In this document: in pieces, positions 1-13,610 of the stretch
Position numbering within the stretch: the first letter of the stretch is position 1
Layout: each line of letters starts with the position of its first letter
Assembly: GCA_002269645.1 (NCBI GenBank)
Contig: NIVC01000912.1
Span: 1-64,000 of the forward strand
DNA length: 64,000 bases
DNA from: Macrostomum lignano
Lineage: Eukaryota
Reading direction: 5' to 3'
Notes under the pieces: model-generated
What the model saw: the letters and a program-made list of their open reading frames with translations, nothing else
Databases searched by the model: none
What the model was told of the DNA's origin: nothing
Made by a program: the position numbers and the translations under genes

Positions 1-1424
1 TCATGGCGAATGAATCGGTCATAGATGATAGATTGGTCATAGAAAATGGATTAGTCATTGATAATAGATTGGTCATGGATTATGGATTGGTCAGATAGAT
101 AGATTGGTCATAGACAATAGATTGGTCATAGATGATGGATTGGTCATAGATAATAGATTGGTCATAGATGATGGATTGGTCATAGATGATAGATTGGTCA
201 TAGATGATGGATTGGTCATAGATGATAGATTGTGGTCATAGATAATTGATTAATCATAGATGATAGATTGTCATAGATGATAGATTGGTCATAGATGATA
301 GATTGGTCATAGATGATAGATTGGTCATAGATGATAGATTGGTCATAGATGATAGATTGGTCATAGACAATAGATTGGTCATAGATGATAGATTGGTCAT
401 AGACAATAGATTGGTCATAGATGATAGATTGGTCATAGATACTGGATTGGTCATAGACAATAGATTGGTCATAGATGATAGATTGGTCATAGATGATAGA
501 TTGGTCATAGACAATAGAATGGTCATAGATGATAGATTGGTCATAGATACTGGATTGGTCATAGATGATAGATTGGTCATAGATGATGGATTGGTCATAG
601 ATGATAGATTGGTCATAGATGATAGATTGGTCATAGATGATAGATTGGTCATAGATGATGGATTGGTCATAGATGATAGATTGGTCATAGATGATAGATT
701 GGTCATAGATGATGGATTGGTCATAGACGATGGATTGGTCATAGATGATGGATTGGTCATAGATGATAGATTGGTCATAGATGATGGATTGGTCATAGAT
801 GATAGATTGGTCATAGATAATTGATTAATCATAGATGATAGATGGTCATAGATGATAGATTGGTCATAGACAATAGATTGGTCATAGATGAATAGATTGG
901 TCATAGATGATAGATTGGTCATAGATGATGGATTGGTCATAGATGATAGATTGGTCATAGATGATGGATTGGTCATAGACGATGGATTGGTCATAGATGA
1001 TGGATTGGTCATAGATGATAGATTGGTCATAGATGATGGATTGGTCATAGATGATAGATTGGTCATAGATAATTGATTAATCATAGATGATAGATTGGTC
1101 ATAGATGATAGATTGGTCATAGATGATAGATTGGTCATAGATAATTGATTGGTCATAGACGATGGATTGGTCATAGATGATAGATTGGTCATAGATGATG
1201 GATTGGTCATAGACGATGGATTGGTCATAGATGATAGATTGTTCATAGATAATAGATTGGTCATAGATGATAGCTTGTGCATAGATAATAGATTGGTCAT
1301 AGATAATAGATTGGTCATAGATAATATATTGTTCATAGATAATAGATTGGTCATAGATGATAGCTTGTGCATAGATAATAGATTGGTCATAGATGATAGA
1401 TTCGTCATAGATGATAGACGGTCA
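1..1424. repeat. 18-bp minisatellite (GATTGGTCATAGATGATA) in an intron of the ANKRD26-like gene
   Basis: About 75 tandem units, running off the left edge. It ends beside a minus-strand donor at 1438 (AG|GTAC). Confidence 0.95.
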
Positions 1425-1438
1425 TAGAGCTGTCGTAC

Positions 1439-4400
1439 CTTGTCCCTTGGCGTCGCCTTCCCCCCAGACCGCGGTGTTGTCGCCGGAAAGTCCGAAGCAA
1501 CGGTGTCGTCGTCCTGATCGTCCAGGAACACCGCCTGCCTCTTCCGCTGTTCCATGGCCTGCTTGAGGTTGATCCTTGGGGAGGGCTCCTTGTCAACGCT
1601 GATGGACTCGCTCCAGTCGTCGTCATCGTCGTCATTGTCCGGAGCGTCCGGCTTCTTGCGATTGTTCGACTTGCTGGTGGCAGCTCGGTTCGCTGCCGTC
1701 TCGGGCACGACGGCCAGGGACGCTCGGCGGATTCGGAGCGCTGTTGGGAAGAAATCCCCCCCCGCTCATGAAAGTGAGGAACGTTTGTAACCGAAAATTT
1801 GCCAATTCAATGTTTTGTGAATAGAAATGAAAAGTGTTGAATAAAAAATTCAGTGTAGTCACTGGTTCATAATTTGTGATTTGTGATCCCAATAATCTGA
1901 CAGATCCCACTCTGACTGATCCCACTCTGACTGATCCCACTCTGACTGATCCCACTCTGACTGATCCCACTCTGACTGATCCCACTCTGACTGATCCACT
2001 CTGACTGATCCCACTCTGACTGATCCCACTCTGACTGATCCCACTCTGACTGATCCCACTCTGACTGATCCCACTCTGACTGATCCCACTCTGACTGATC
2101 CCACTCTGACTGATCCCACTCTGACTGATCCCACTCTGACTGATCCCACTCTGACTGATCCCACTCTGACTGATCCCACTCTGACTGATCCCACTCTGAC
2201 TGATCCCAAAAACAGGAGCACAAATTAGATGACGGGAGTCCCGGCTCCGAGATGCACCTGTCCGCTCAGCCTGATTCTGGCCGCCTCTGGCCCGAGGTCG
2301 TCCTCGCTGCCGCTGTCCAGTGAGGCGGACACGGCCGGGAAGGGGAGCGGGAGCGGCGGCGGCTGTCGCGGACGATCGGCACCTTCAGAGACCTCGTCTG
2401 CTGAGTCTCTGCGGCAGCAATGATGGAGACGGGTGGCGATTTAGGGGAGTATGCTTGATTGACAAGGGCGAGTAGAGTAGGATACCCTGAGTAGGATACC
2501 CTGAGTAGGATACCCTGAGTAGGATACCCTGAGTAGGATACCCTGAGTAGGATACCCTGAGTAGGATACCCTGAGTAGGATACCCTGAGTAGGATACCCT
2601 GAGTAGGATACCCTGAGTAGGATACCCTGAGTAGGATACCCTGAGTAGGATACCCTGAGTAGGATACCCTGAGTAGGATACCCTGAGTAGGATACCCTGA
2701 GTAGGATACCCTGAGTAGGATACCCTGAGTAGGATACCCTGAGTAGGATGCCCTGAGTAGGATGCCCTGAGTAGGATACCTGAGTAGGATGCCCTGAGTA
2801 GGATACCTGAGTAGGATACCCTGAATAGAATACCCTGAGTAGGATGCCCTGAGTAGGATACCTGAGTAGGATACCTGAGTAGGATGCCCTGAGTAGGATG
2901 CCCTGAGTAGGATACCTGAGTAGGATGCCCTGAGTAGGATACCTGAGTAGGATACCCTGAATAGAATACCCTGAGTAGGATACCTGAGTAGGATGCCCTG
3001 AGTAGGATACCTGAGTAGGATACCCTGAATAGAATACCCTGAGTAGGATACCTGAGTAGGATGCCCTGAGTAGGATACCTGAGTAGGATACCCTGAATAG
3101 AATACCCTGAGTAGGATACCTGAGTAGGATGCCCTGAATAGAATACCCTGAGTAGGATGCCCTGAGTAGGATACCTGAGTAGGATACCCTGAATAGAATA
3201 CCCTGAATAGAATACCCTGAGTAGGATACCCTGAATAGAATACCCTGAGTAGGATACCTGAGTAGGATACCCTGAATAGAATACCCTGAGTAGGATACCC
3301 TGAGTAGGATACCTGAGTAGAATACCCTGAATAGAATACCCTGAGTAGGATGCCCTGAGTAGGATACCTGAGTAGGATACCCTGAATAGAATACCCTGAG
3401 TAGGATACCTGAGTAGGATACCCTGAGTAGGATACCCTGAATAGAATACCCTGAGTAGGATACCTGAGTAGGATACCTGAGTAGGATACCTGAGTAGTCT
3501 CGCAGTTCCTGAGGCCGAAAACTTAAGGAGCTACCAGGTACAAAGACCTTTCAAAACTCAGCAAAAAACTGTTTAAATGGTTTACTCACCAGGATCAAAC
3601 ACGTCGACCTTGCCGCCGGCGTGAAAGTCGTTCAGGCTGATTGAACGACGGCCGCCGCCGCCGCCGCCGCCGCCCAACGACCGGTCGGAGCGGGCGCTGT
3701 CCAGCTGTGCGGTAGTGAAAAAGGAAAAAAGACAAAAAATTTGGTGAGCGATCTAATAAAAAAGTGAATGCCACTGAGGTGACTTTTTGTGATCAACGAC
3801 GACAAGGAAAACCACAACTAGAGGTGACGACTAAAGACTCGAAGGCCACCCCAACCTGCTCAGCCTCAGCCTCATATTCGTTGGCATCCTCGAGTTCGGA
3901 CACCTCCGACTCGAACTCCGCCGCGGCGTTGTCTCGGACAGCGCCAGCTGCGTCTAAAGCTGGTGACGAGTTCGGCTCCAGCAGGTCCTGAAGGCTCGCC
4001 ACGCTGTCCGCCGCTTCGCTGATGGCCGACACCACATCCTCATCGTCATCAAGCGGCGGTGGTGTCGGTGGCGGGGAGTCAGCGAAGCCGGCTGGGTTTG
4101 GGTGCGGCTGGCGGCCGGTTCTTTGAGACCGGAATCGCGCTGGGAGAGCCAGGGCTGGAGGGGTTCTAATTCTGGCCGGACAGTCCCATCTTCTTCTCGG
4201 ATACCGTTAGTGTCCTAATCGGACATCCAACCTTTAGTCGGATCCCCCCGTGGTATACCCGAATACTTGTAGTCTTCCCGGACACCATAGTGTTCTACTC
4301 GGACACTCGAGTGCTCTACTCGACACCGACACCCGAATGTTCTACTCGGACACCCTAGTGTTCTACTCGGACACCCTAGTGTTCTACTCGGACACCCTAG

Positions 4401-7400
4401 TGTTCTACTCGGACACCCTAGTGTTCTACTCGGACACCCTAGTGTTCTACTCGGACACCCTGGTGTTCTACTCGGACACCCTAGTGTTCTACTCGGACAC
4501 CCTAGTGTTCTACTCGGACACCCTAGTGTTCTACTCGGACACCCTAGTGTTCTACTCGGACACCCGAGCGTTCTACTCGGACACCGACACCCTAGTGCTC
4601 TACTCGGACACCCGAGTGCTCTACTCGGACACCTGAGTGCTCTACTCGGACACCCGAGTATTCTTACTCGGACACCGCCATGTTCTAGTTTTTTTCGGTA
4701 ACAAGATCACTTAAAAATTTACACTAGTTGATCTCAGACATCACGGATGCCCCAAAAGTGCACCTGTGGAACTTTCCGCTTACCGTCGGAATCGCGTAGT
4801 CCGACTTTGATTCATCCTCTTCGTAGTCGCTGCTTGTCTGCGGCTCTGCAATATTGGAGAGTATTGTATGGTTGAAAAAATGCTTGCATTTTTACTATAA
4901 GTAGGTTAAAAGAAAATCAATCAACAGCGAGATTTCCCAGTCGGTCACTTACTGGCAGTGGACCCCGCAGCGGCGGCAACGGCAGCTACCGTGGGTGTCG
5001 CCGTCCTAACGACACTTTTCGCCGGTCGAGCGTCAGCGAGAAGGCTGGCGCAGGCTGCTTGTTCGGCGGCGAAGTCTGCGCAGCTCTGGCCTGCCAGGGG
5101 GTGGGCGAGTTCGAACTTTGTGATTTGTGAAACAATCGATATAAGTCTTTGAGGCAAATTTTGGCCGGTTCTGGTCGGAAAGCACAATCAGACAGGGTAT
5201 TCTACCCGGACACCCTAGCCTTCTACTCGGACACCCTAGCCTTCTACTCGGACACCCTAGTGTTCTACCCGGACACCCTAGCCTTCTACCCGGACACCCT
5301 AGCCTTCTACTCGGACACCCTAGTGTTCTACCCGGACAGCCTCATAGTCTACTCGGACACCAGTGTTCTACCCGTACAGACTCATAGTCTACTCGGACAC
5401 AGAGTGTTCTACTCGGACATACCCATAGTCTACTCGGACAGTGTGTTCTACTCGGGTAGACCCATATTCTACTCGGAAAGACCCATATTCTACTAGGACA
5501 GACCCATATTCTACTAGGACAGACCCATAGTCTACTCGGACAGCTAAGTGTTCTACTCGGACAGTTAAGTATTCTGCTCGAACAGACCCATATTATACTA
5601 AGACAGACCCATAGTCTACTCGGACAGCTAAGTGTTTTACTCGGACAGCCCCATATTCTACTCGGACAGCCCCATATTCTACTCGGAAAGACCCATATTC
5701 TACTCGGAAAGACCCATAGTCTACTCAGACAGATCCATATTTTACTTGGAAAGACCCTAGTCTACTCGGACATCAAAGTGTTCTACTCGGACAGCTAAGT
5801 GTTCTACTCGGACAGACTCATATTCTACTAGGACAGACCCATAGTCTACTCGGACATCTAAGTGTTCTACTCGGACAGCTAAGTGTTCTACTCGGACAGC
5901 TAAGTGTTCTACTCGGACAGCTGTGTTCTACTCGGACAGCTAAGTGTTCTACTCGGACAGCTAAGTGTTCTACTCGGACAGCTAAGTGTTCTATTCGGAC
6001 AGCCCCATATTCTACTCGGACAGACCCATATTCTACTAGGACAGACCCATAGTCTACTCGGACAGCTAAGTGTTCTACTCGGACATCAAAGTGTTCTACT
6101 CGGACAGATCCATATTCTACTCGGACACTAGTGTTCTACCCGGACAGACTCATAGTCTACTCGGACACCAGAGTGTTCTACTCGGACATACCCATAGTCT
6201 ACTCGGACAGTGTGTTCTACTCGGGCAGACCCATATTCTACTCGGACAGCCCCATATTATACTCGGACAGACCCATATTCTACTCGGACAGCTAAGTGTT
6301 CTAGTTGGACACACTGGTGAAGTAATCGATGTAAAATGGACTCATTGTTAAATGGGGGGTATCTTTCGCATCGGGGAGAAATTGAAATCATCAGAGACCT
6401 CGCCCAACTCAGATATTGTAAATTATTTAGTATTATTTACTCGTAGGCTGAAGCAATGAGTCACTGCCAGCTGCTCAAGGAAGGCTTCTCAAATTAGTCC
6501 AGTGAGTCTGATTTCTGATCCCTTCTCGGACTAGGGTGCTTAAAGCTCTTTAAAGTTTTGAGTGAAAAGGGCTTGGAAAGCAATAAATAATTAATGCATT
6601 AAACCAATCGGGGAATTCAGACTCCCTCATCATGTTGTCGGTGAGTCGTAGAAAATGCAGGGAGGATTCAGAAATGCAGAAATACATGTAGTCATCCTGT
6701 GTTAACCTGGGTCAGTGCATTGTGGGGTCAGTGCATTTTGGGGATCAGAGCCCCCCCCCCCCCCAGCCAGCACTCACCCGCTGAGTCTCTTGCCGCAGGG
6801 TCGGCGCCAGCCTTCAGCAGCAGAGCGGCCAGGTCGGCGTGGCCTTCGCGGCAGGCTAGCATCAGCGGTGTCCGACCTTCGGCGTCAAGCTCATCCGGTC
6901 CACTGGCCCGTTGCAACAGCAGCGACAGCACTTCGGCGTTGCCGTTGGTAACGGCCAGGTGAAGAAGCGACTTACCCTATAAAGCGACGGGGCTTCGGTA
7001 AATATATTCCAGCCAATGAGAAGCTTCTAGCTTGTCCGCTTAATTCTTCCAGCCAATGGGCATCGAGAGAGAGGTAGAAGTTTGAAGCTTTATATGGGCG
7101 CATATCTTTCCAGCCAATCAGCACCAAGATAGGGTAGAAATATAAAAACCCAATGTGAGAATTGTCTCTCCAGCCAATCAGCATCACAGAAATACTAGAA
7201 CTAACTAGATGGGCCACTCAGCACATTTGCTTGCAAGCTACTTTCAGTTCAGTAGCAAGTTAAACTGAAGCATTTCAATGTACTTTTAAAGACCAGGCTT
7301 ATTTATTGGCTCTTACCCCCAAGCTTAAACACTCAAACTCCACACAGAACCTCTACCCCTGCCCCGCCACCCAACTTTTATTACCTTCCTCGGTTGTTCC

Positions 7401-8887
7401 AGCCTAAACCCGTTTTGTACATCTTAATTGCTAATGTACATTATAGCTGAGCAAATTAGCAAGCTGTTTAAGTTTGCAAGCTTGACTTCTAAACTTAAGA
7501 GCGTATAAAGTCATCTCAGCTGCCTTTATTTATATAAAATAGCTTATGTATTCTTCATAGCTACTGAACTGAAAGTAGAGAGCTATTTTGCTAAGTATAT
7601 ATGCCCGAGTGGCCAATCTATAGATTTTATAGTATCTGTGATCATAATCGAGAAAGATGTAGAATATACCGTATTTCCACACATTCTCTTTAGCCTATGC
7701 AGTGGCGGTTCCAGGACTTCTTTTCTTCTTCTAGGGTGTTCAGAAGTATCTAAATTTTTGAGGGAGGGGCGCCACAGAGAGGGGCCATGAGTGTCACACA
7801 ATGAGACGAACGCCATGCTTGGCTATTGCTCGTAGACAGCTTTAACGCTTACCGCGATGGCATTGAGCCGGTGCGGATGCCAGCTGTCCAGCAGAAGTGC
7901 CACCATCTCCGTGCTGCCATTGTTGACGGCAATTACCAGGCCTTCATCTTCGCGTTTCGAACCGGCTTTGAGCAGTGGGCGGGCGCACTGGGCGCGGTTC
8001 ATCTGCACAGCCCGGTAGAGCGGGCTTCGTCCTTCGCTGTCCAGTGCGTCCGTGCGGGCACCAAAGGTTATGAGGGTGTCCACCACTTTTTCGTGGCCGC
8101 GAAAGCTTGCTAGATGCAGCGCCATTCTGGTATAAAATTATAAACTTATAGTAACAGTTTTACGAGTATTAATCAGCACAGAAGTATTACGAGATATTCC
8201 ATATATTGCAGTTTATTTTCTAAAGTGGAAAAATGCATTTTTTGTGTCTAAGAGCAGTGAAGAGACTGAAATTTATTTTCAATTACAAAGGGAGCTGATC
8301 ATCTATAGCTATTCACTAAAATTAATTGTACTATTAACTTTAATAGAAGGAAAACAAAAACTATTGAAAGCTGTTTTATTCCTTATAATTAATTATAGGC
8401 TACATTTATCAATCCTGTAAGTTATTCTTTGAGAAGTTTGAACAATTGTTTTCTGTCAATTAAATAAAATAGATTAAATCGAGTAATAAATACTTTCCAA
8501 GCTTACTTTCCAAATAATTTAAGTAACTTTTCACCACTCTTTCAAAATACATAAGTAAGCTTAGACAAAGAATCTTTTTTATTGTATTTTAGTCATTTCA
8601 GATGGTGATAAATAAAATGATGTCAAATGAAACGGAAACCTGCTCAAGCGAGAAAACGACCACTTAAATCAACAAAAATACTCAAAAGTGCATTACCGTT
8701 GCTCGGAATCCGGAGTATTGACATCCTGCTGAAATGTAGCAATCTTTTTGTGATCACCAATCCATGCCGCTTTATGTATCTTGGGAAGAGACTTTTCTTT
8801 TATATCATTATAGCCACCCCCACCTTTTGCAGAACTAGATGCATTAGAGTCTTTTCCCGACTTTCCCTTTCCAAAAAGCTTCTTCAT
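1439..8887 (-). CDS. ANKRD26: ANKRD26/POTE-family ankyrin-repeat protein, 5' portion; gene continues beyond window start
   Basis: Exon 8887-8697 encodes MKKLFGK...YNDIKEKSLPKIHKAAWIGD...DSEQR, resembling the ANKRD26 N-terminus (MKKIF...LGKIHKAAS). Exons 8126-7853 (ALHLASFRGH..., SPLYRAV) and 6976-6778 (SLLHLAVTNGN..., TPLMLACREGH) are ankyrin repeats. These three exons have canonical GT-AG sites and consistent phases. Acidic or low-complexity exons follow at about 5170-4952, 4846-4786, about 4110-3856, about 3704-3590, about 2400-2258 and 1740-1439; some of these boundaries are uncertain. Confidence 0.75.
1903..2206. repeat. 15-bp minisatellite (GATCCCACTCTGACT), intronic
   Basis: About 20 near-identical units between exons 1740 and 2258. 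Confidence 0.95.
2475..3497. repeat. 13-14-bp minisatellite (GAGTAGGATACCCT), intronic
   Basis: About 73 units, homogeneous in the first third and variant afterwards. Confidence 0.95.
4270..4680. repeat. 21-bp minisatellite (TTCTACTCGGACACCCTAGTG), intronic
   Basis: About 18 tandem units. Confidence 0.9.
5190..6310. repeat. 20-21-bp degenerate minisatellite with TTCTACTCGGACA core, intronic
   Basis: Same core as 4270-4680, with variable tails. Confidence 0.9.
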
Positions 8888-10491
8888 TTTAATGTGTTGC
8901 TCAGCTCTGCTGCTCTTCTACATTATCAAAGTACCGTTAAAAATTTTGGAAAGTTGCAATGTTAAATTATCCACATCAAGCAAATATAAACTATTATTTT
9001 ATTTGAAAGCATTGCTTATACTCGTAGGTATAATAAAGTCATGAAAACACCTTTCATTAGTTTAGCTAAACTCTTATTAAATTAGAATCAGCTGACTAAA
9101 GCGCTTAGTTTAATCGATGTAAAATCGTTAAAGTAAGTCCGGTATTGTTCATATAAAATAAACTAGTAAAAGTGAAATTATTCGGCACAACTGTTTAATT
9201 GTAGACTATTCTTATTAATTTTTTCAGTAAGCTATGCGGTTTAGTTTTACAGCGATGGCTAAAAAATTGACTTCTTGAGAACAATATTTTGAACGCATAA
9301 ACTTTATGCTAAATGATAGTATTACTTTAATAATATTTAAAAATGAACAAAATGGTTGCTTGGAATGATATATATATATATATGTAAAATAAATACAAAA
9401 ATACAGATTACCAAATAGAGTCATAAGGCATTTATAAAAAAAACTTTATTATGTATATGATCCAATACGTACAGTACAGTAGGTGAAATGGATCAGATGA
9501 ATTGTCGAAGAAAATGGTTTGATCATTCCATGCTGTCATCTGCAATAAGTTGCTGCATAACCAACGAATATTAATATTAATTAGGTCTCTCGATTGGGAA
9601 AAAAATTCTACATTTTCTTTGAAAGTTTTTCCTTTTCTATTATAATGGCGTCATTTTAGAGTGGATGCAAATTGTCAAAATTTGATTATTAAGAGATAAA
9701 TTTGTTTGACAGAAAGCGCCACAAAGGCGTGATATGAAAGCCCAGTTCAGCAAAGTTGAGTTCAAATTGTCAATGCACGTAGCTTGATAGTTAATAGGCC
9801 TACTCAGTATTGCCAGCAACAGCAAGGAATTTTGCTGGGACGTAGCTAGGATTTTTATCGGGTGCGTTTTTGAGGCCCTAGATTATTTCTCCAGTGCCAG
9901 TGTCGCCAAGATGTCAAACAATCTTGAGTCGATTGGGTGTGGGGACTTCGTGGCTATATAAAATATTTTATTTACTTTTTAATGATACAACTCAGACTTC
10001 TAAACTAAAAAGGTTAGGATAATTAAATAAACGACAGAGCATTTATTCATCTTAATTGAATTAATAAAGTATGGCGAGAATATGAAATTATATTTAACGT
10101 TTTTGGATTATACGCAATAAAAGCAGCTAAGATAGCAATATCGATTTGTGGAATGCAATTTTTAATTTTTTTGTGCTTCTAGCCAAGACTCGAAGAATGG
10201 GTGCTAAAAAGAGTTTGACCTAAATTTTTGTACTGCACCATACCATAAATATTTGGATTACACTTTGTGCTATTGTACTTGTAATAAGTTAGAAAAGCGG
10301 TTAAAATATTCACAAGTGCTATTTTTCTCATTACTCTACTTTAAGATAAAAGAAATAGAAATCCAAGATCAAATTGAAGTCAGTGTGAAACCCATATTCA
10401 ACTGTCCACTATCTTTACACGAGAGGAGTGCAAACTTTGGCAGAAAATAATGCCAGGCAGGCTGGTCACTCGAACTCATTCTTGAGCCACC

Positions 10492-10713
10492 CTAGCAACC
10501 CTGCGTTGCTCTGGGCAGCGTCCGAGCTGCCCTGGCGCGCCGCTCCAGCTCGAGCAGCAGCACCTGCAGCCGCCGCAGTCGCAGCCAGCGAGTTGACGGC
10601 TCATCTTCCATGGGATTCCGCTTCGCCTCGTTGGACGCTGTGTCATCTGCTCCGGGGTGTTCATCCCGCAGCTCGACTCGCCGAGCTTCTTGAGAGCCAA
10701 CACTGCAGCTCAT
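10492..10713 (-). CDS. Possible small orphan ORF, 73 aa
   Basis: GC-rich island in AT-rich DNA. The ATG lies 15 nt after a good acceptor (TTTCTCCTGCAG). No recognisable homology. Confidence 0.25.
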   Translation of the reverse strand: MSCSVGSQEARRVELRDEHPGADDTASNEAKRNPMEDEPSTRWLRLRRLQVLLLELERRARAARTLPRATQGC

Positions 10714-11295
10714 TGCCTTGACTGCGCGCTGCAGGAGAAACTCGGTCTGCTCAGATTAAGGAATTTTACTGCCCCAACGCTTGGCAAGGTTGGGGCTTAA
10801 GTCTGCAAAGTGGGACAGCGGCGGCGGGGGGCGGCGGCAAGGTAACAAATGGCGGTTATCGATTTCCTCAGTTCAAATTCCCCACCCATACTTCCGTTGC
10901 GAGTTTTTAGGGAGAAATTTCCTTGCCGCCTAATGCTTCCTACCTTAGGGATCAAGGTTTTCAGGCAGATTTTTATTGAGTGCATAAAAACCCTTGTGTG
11001 CTTCGCTCTCTTTCTTGCATTTCTCCCTGCAGATTAATCAAGGCAAACTTTCAGAGTAAGCAGGTTAGGCATGTTCCATACTTGTATAGCTCTATAAAAA
11101 TCCATGAAAGGCGAAATAACTTACAGGACCATTTTTTCAAAAATCATTGCTTGAATATTCTTCTGAAAGCAGCTAGACATGTCTATTGAAATGTTATTGA
11201 TTTAAAAGTGTTATTGGAAGTGTAATTCCAAGCTTTTAAAACTCCCTTCGCAAGAGTTCTTCACCCTCAACTGGAATCAATGCCAATCATTCCAG

Positions 11296-13171
11296 TTCGT
11301 GTTCGAGCCCTGCGGCCCGCACCCGGTCGGAGCGCTCGACCTGCTGACCGGGCCCGCCTCCGACAATGGCGGCGGTGTGTTGGCGCGCCTATTCTACCCC
11401 GCGCTAGCCGCGCCAGACGCCGGGCACCCCTACACGGAGCCGGAGTACGTGCGCGGCCTGCTGGCTTTCTCCAACTGGGGCTCCTGGCTGTCCGCCTTCC
11501 TCTGCTGGGGCTTCGGCCGGCTGCGCCTGAACTGCGCTTTGCAGGCCGAGCCGCTGCGGCCTGCGCAGCCTCTCCCCGTCATCATCTTCTCGCACGGCCT
11601 GGGCGCCCAGCGTCACATCTATTCGTCGCTGTGCCTGAAGCTGGCCTCGCGCGGCTTCCTAGTGGCTGCCGTTGAACACCGCGACGGCTCCGCATCGATG
11701 TCCTTCGACGTTGTCGATGGGCAACGCCGCTGGCTGCCTATGGAGGCGGGCCAGTTGAACGACTTTCCTCGGCGGCACGCGCAGGCTCGGCGGCGGGCCG
11801 GCGAGTGCCTTCAGCTGACGGAGGCCGTCTTGGCGCTGGGCAGGGGGCAGCCGCCGGTGGCCAATCGCTTGCCCGAGGAGCTGGGCGGCTGCCCCGACAG
11901 CCTGCTGGCCAGCTTCCGGGTGAGTCCTGCTGGGGGCGCTTCTGGGTGCTCAGCTTCGCGAGGTGCCAGTTCAGGTGCTTGGTGTGCCAGTTCAGGTGCT
12001 AGGTGTGCCAGTTCAGGTGCTTGGTGTGCCAGTTCAGGTGCTAGGTGTGCCAGTTCAGGTGCTAGGTGTGCCAGTTCAGGTGCTAGATGTGCCAGTTCAG
12101 GTGCTAGGTGTGCCAGTTCAGGTGCTTGGTGTGCCAGTTCAGGTGCTTAGTGTGCCAGTTCAGGTGCTAGGTGTGCTAGTTCAGGTGTTAGGTGTGCCAG
12201 TTCAGGTGCTTGGTGTGCCAATTCAAGCACCTTCGACGTCATTTTAGTTGCTACGAATTGAGTTTTGGCGTCTGTCCACATCAATAGTCATTATTGCGGC
12301 TTTCACTCTCCGACACGGGCGCTCTTCATCTCCCAGACTGGAGGCTTTTGGTCTGAAAAAAAACTTTCCAGTTTTTATACTTTTCTTTCTTTTATCACTG
12401 CACAGGGCCTAATCGACCCGAATCGGGTTCATCTGATGGGCCACTCGTTCGGCGCCGCCATCGCATTAACGACGCTTGTCACAACGCCTGAGGCAGTGTA
12501 CAAATAAGAATATTATAAATATTGGGAAAAATGGGGTGGGTGAGGAGTGGGGTGGGTAAGCAGTGGGGTGGGTGAAAATTGGGGTGGGTGAGGAGTGGGG
12601 TGGGTGAGGAGGAGTGGGGTGGGTGAGGAGTGGGGTGGGTGAGGAGTGGGGTGGGTGAGGAGTGGGGTGGGTGAGGAGTGGGGTGGGTGAGGAGTGGGGT
12701 GGGTGAGGAGGAGTGGGGTGGGTGAGGAGTGGGGTGGGTGAGGAGGAGTGGGGTGGGTGAGGAGTGGGGTGGGTGAGGAGGAGTGGGGTGGTTGAGGAGT
12801 GGGGTGGGTGAGGAGGAGTGGGGTGGGTGAGGAGTGGGGTCGGTGAGGAGTGGGGTGGGTGAGGAGTGGGGTGGGAGAGGAGTGGGGTCGGTGAGGAGTG
12901 GGGTGGGTGAGGAGTGGGGTGGGTGAGGAGTGGGGTGGGTGGGGAGTGGTAGCCGCTGCGACTATAACCGCTCGCTGCCATCTAACCACAGAACTTGCAG
13001 CCTGCTGGACATCTGGATGCACCCGGTTGACCCCGAGCACTACAACAACGTGAAGATCCCCGTGCTGTTTCTTAGCAACGAAATTTTTCACTGGGAGGCC
13101 AACGCCCAGCGGGTGCAGGCGGTGCTGGATGCCATCGAGAGCGAGGAGATGAAGGCCAACCTGAGCATCAG
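11296..13171 (+). CDS. Platelet-activating-factor acetylhydrolase (PLA2G7/PAFAH2 family); start exon and final His exon not found
   Basis: Exon 11296-11919 has GPHPVG, RLFYPA, PVIIFSHGLGAQRHIYS and VAAVEHRDGSAS. Exon 12406-about 12503 has the nucleophile motif GHSFG. Exon 12992-13171 has LLDIWMHP and IPVLFLSNEIFHW. It may be a pseudogene or pseudoenzyme. Confidence 0.85.
11960..12225. repeat. 21-bp minisatellite (GGTGTGCCAGTTCAGGTGCTW), intronic
   Basis: About 12 units shortly after the donor at 11920. Confidence 0.9.
12525..12945. repeat. G-rich 16-19-bp minisatellite (GAGGAGTGGGGTGGGT), intronic
   Basis: About 25 units filling the intron. Confidence 0.9.
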
Positions 13172-13209
13172 GTACAATGTGGCATAGTGAGCTTCAAACA
13201 CTCGCAACT

Positions 13210-13610
13210 AAGAATCGCACTCTCTTAAACTAAGAATCACTCTCTCACCCAAAGAATAACCTCTCACCCAAAGAACCACTCTGTCACCCTAAGAATCTGA
13301 ATAATTCCTCTGTCACTCTCATTCTCAATCACTCTCACACTACGAATGACTCTCTCACACCCTAGGAATCGCCCTAACCCTACAAGAATCAGCCTCACCC
13401 TACGAAAATCGCACTCACCATACGATAAGCACTACGAGGATCACTCTCACCCTACGAGAATCACCCTAACCCTACGAGAATCATCCTAACCCTACAAGGA
13501 TCATTCTCACCCTACAAAAATCACTCTCACTCTACGAGAATCACTCTCACCCTTACGAGAATCACTCTCTCCCGAAGAATCACTCTCTCTACGAGAATCA
13601 CTCTCACCCA
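13210..13610. repeat. Degenerate approximately 21-bp repeat (GAATCACTCTCACCCTACGA)
   Basis: Diverged tandem units between the last PAF-AH exon found and the sHSP promoter. Confidence 0.7.

Noticed and set aside
254-1438. 484-aa minus ORF and plus-strand (VIDDRL)n ORFs
   Set aside because: These are read-through of an 18-bp intronic repeat. A canonical donor at 1438 ends the real exon.
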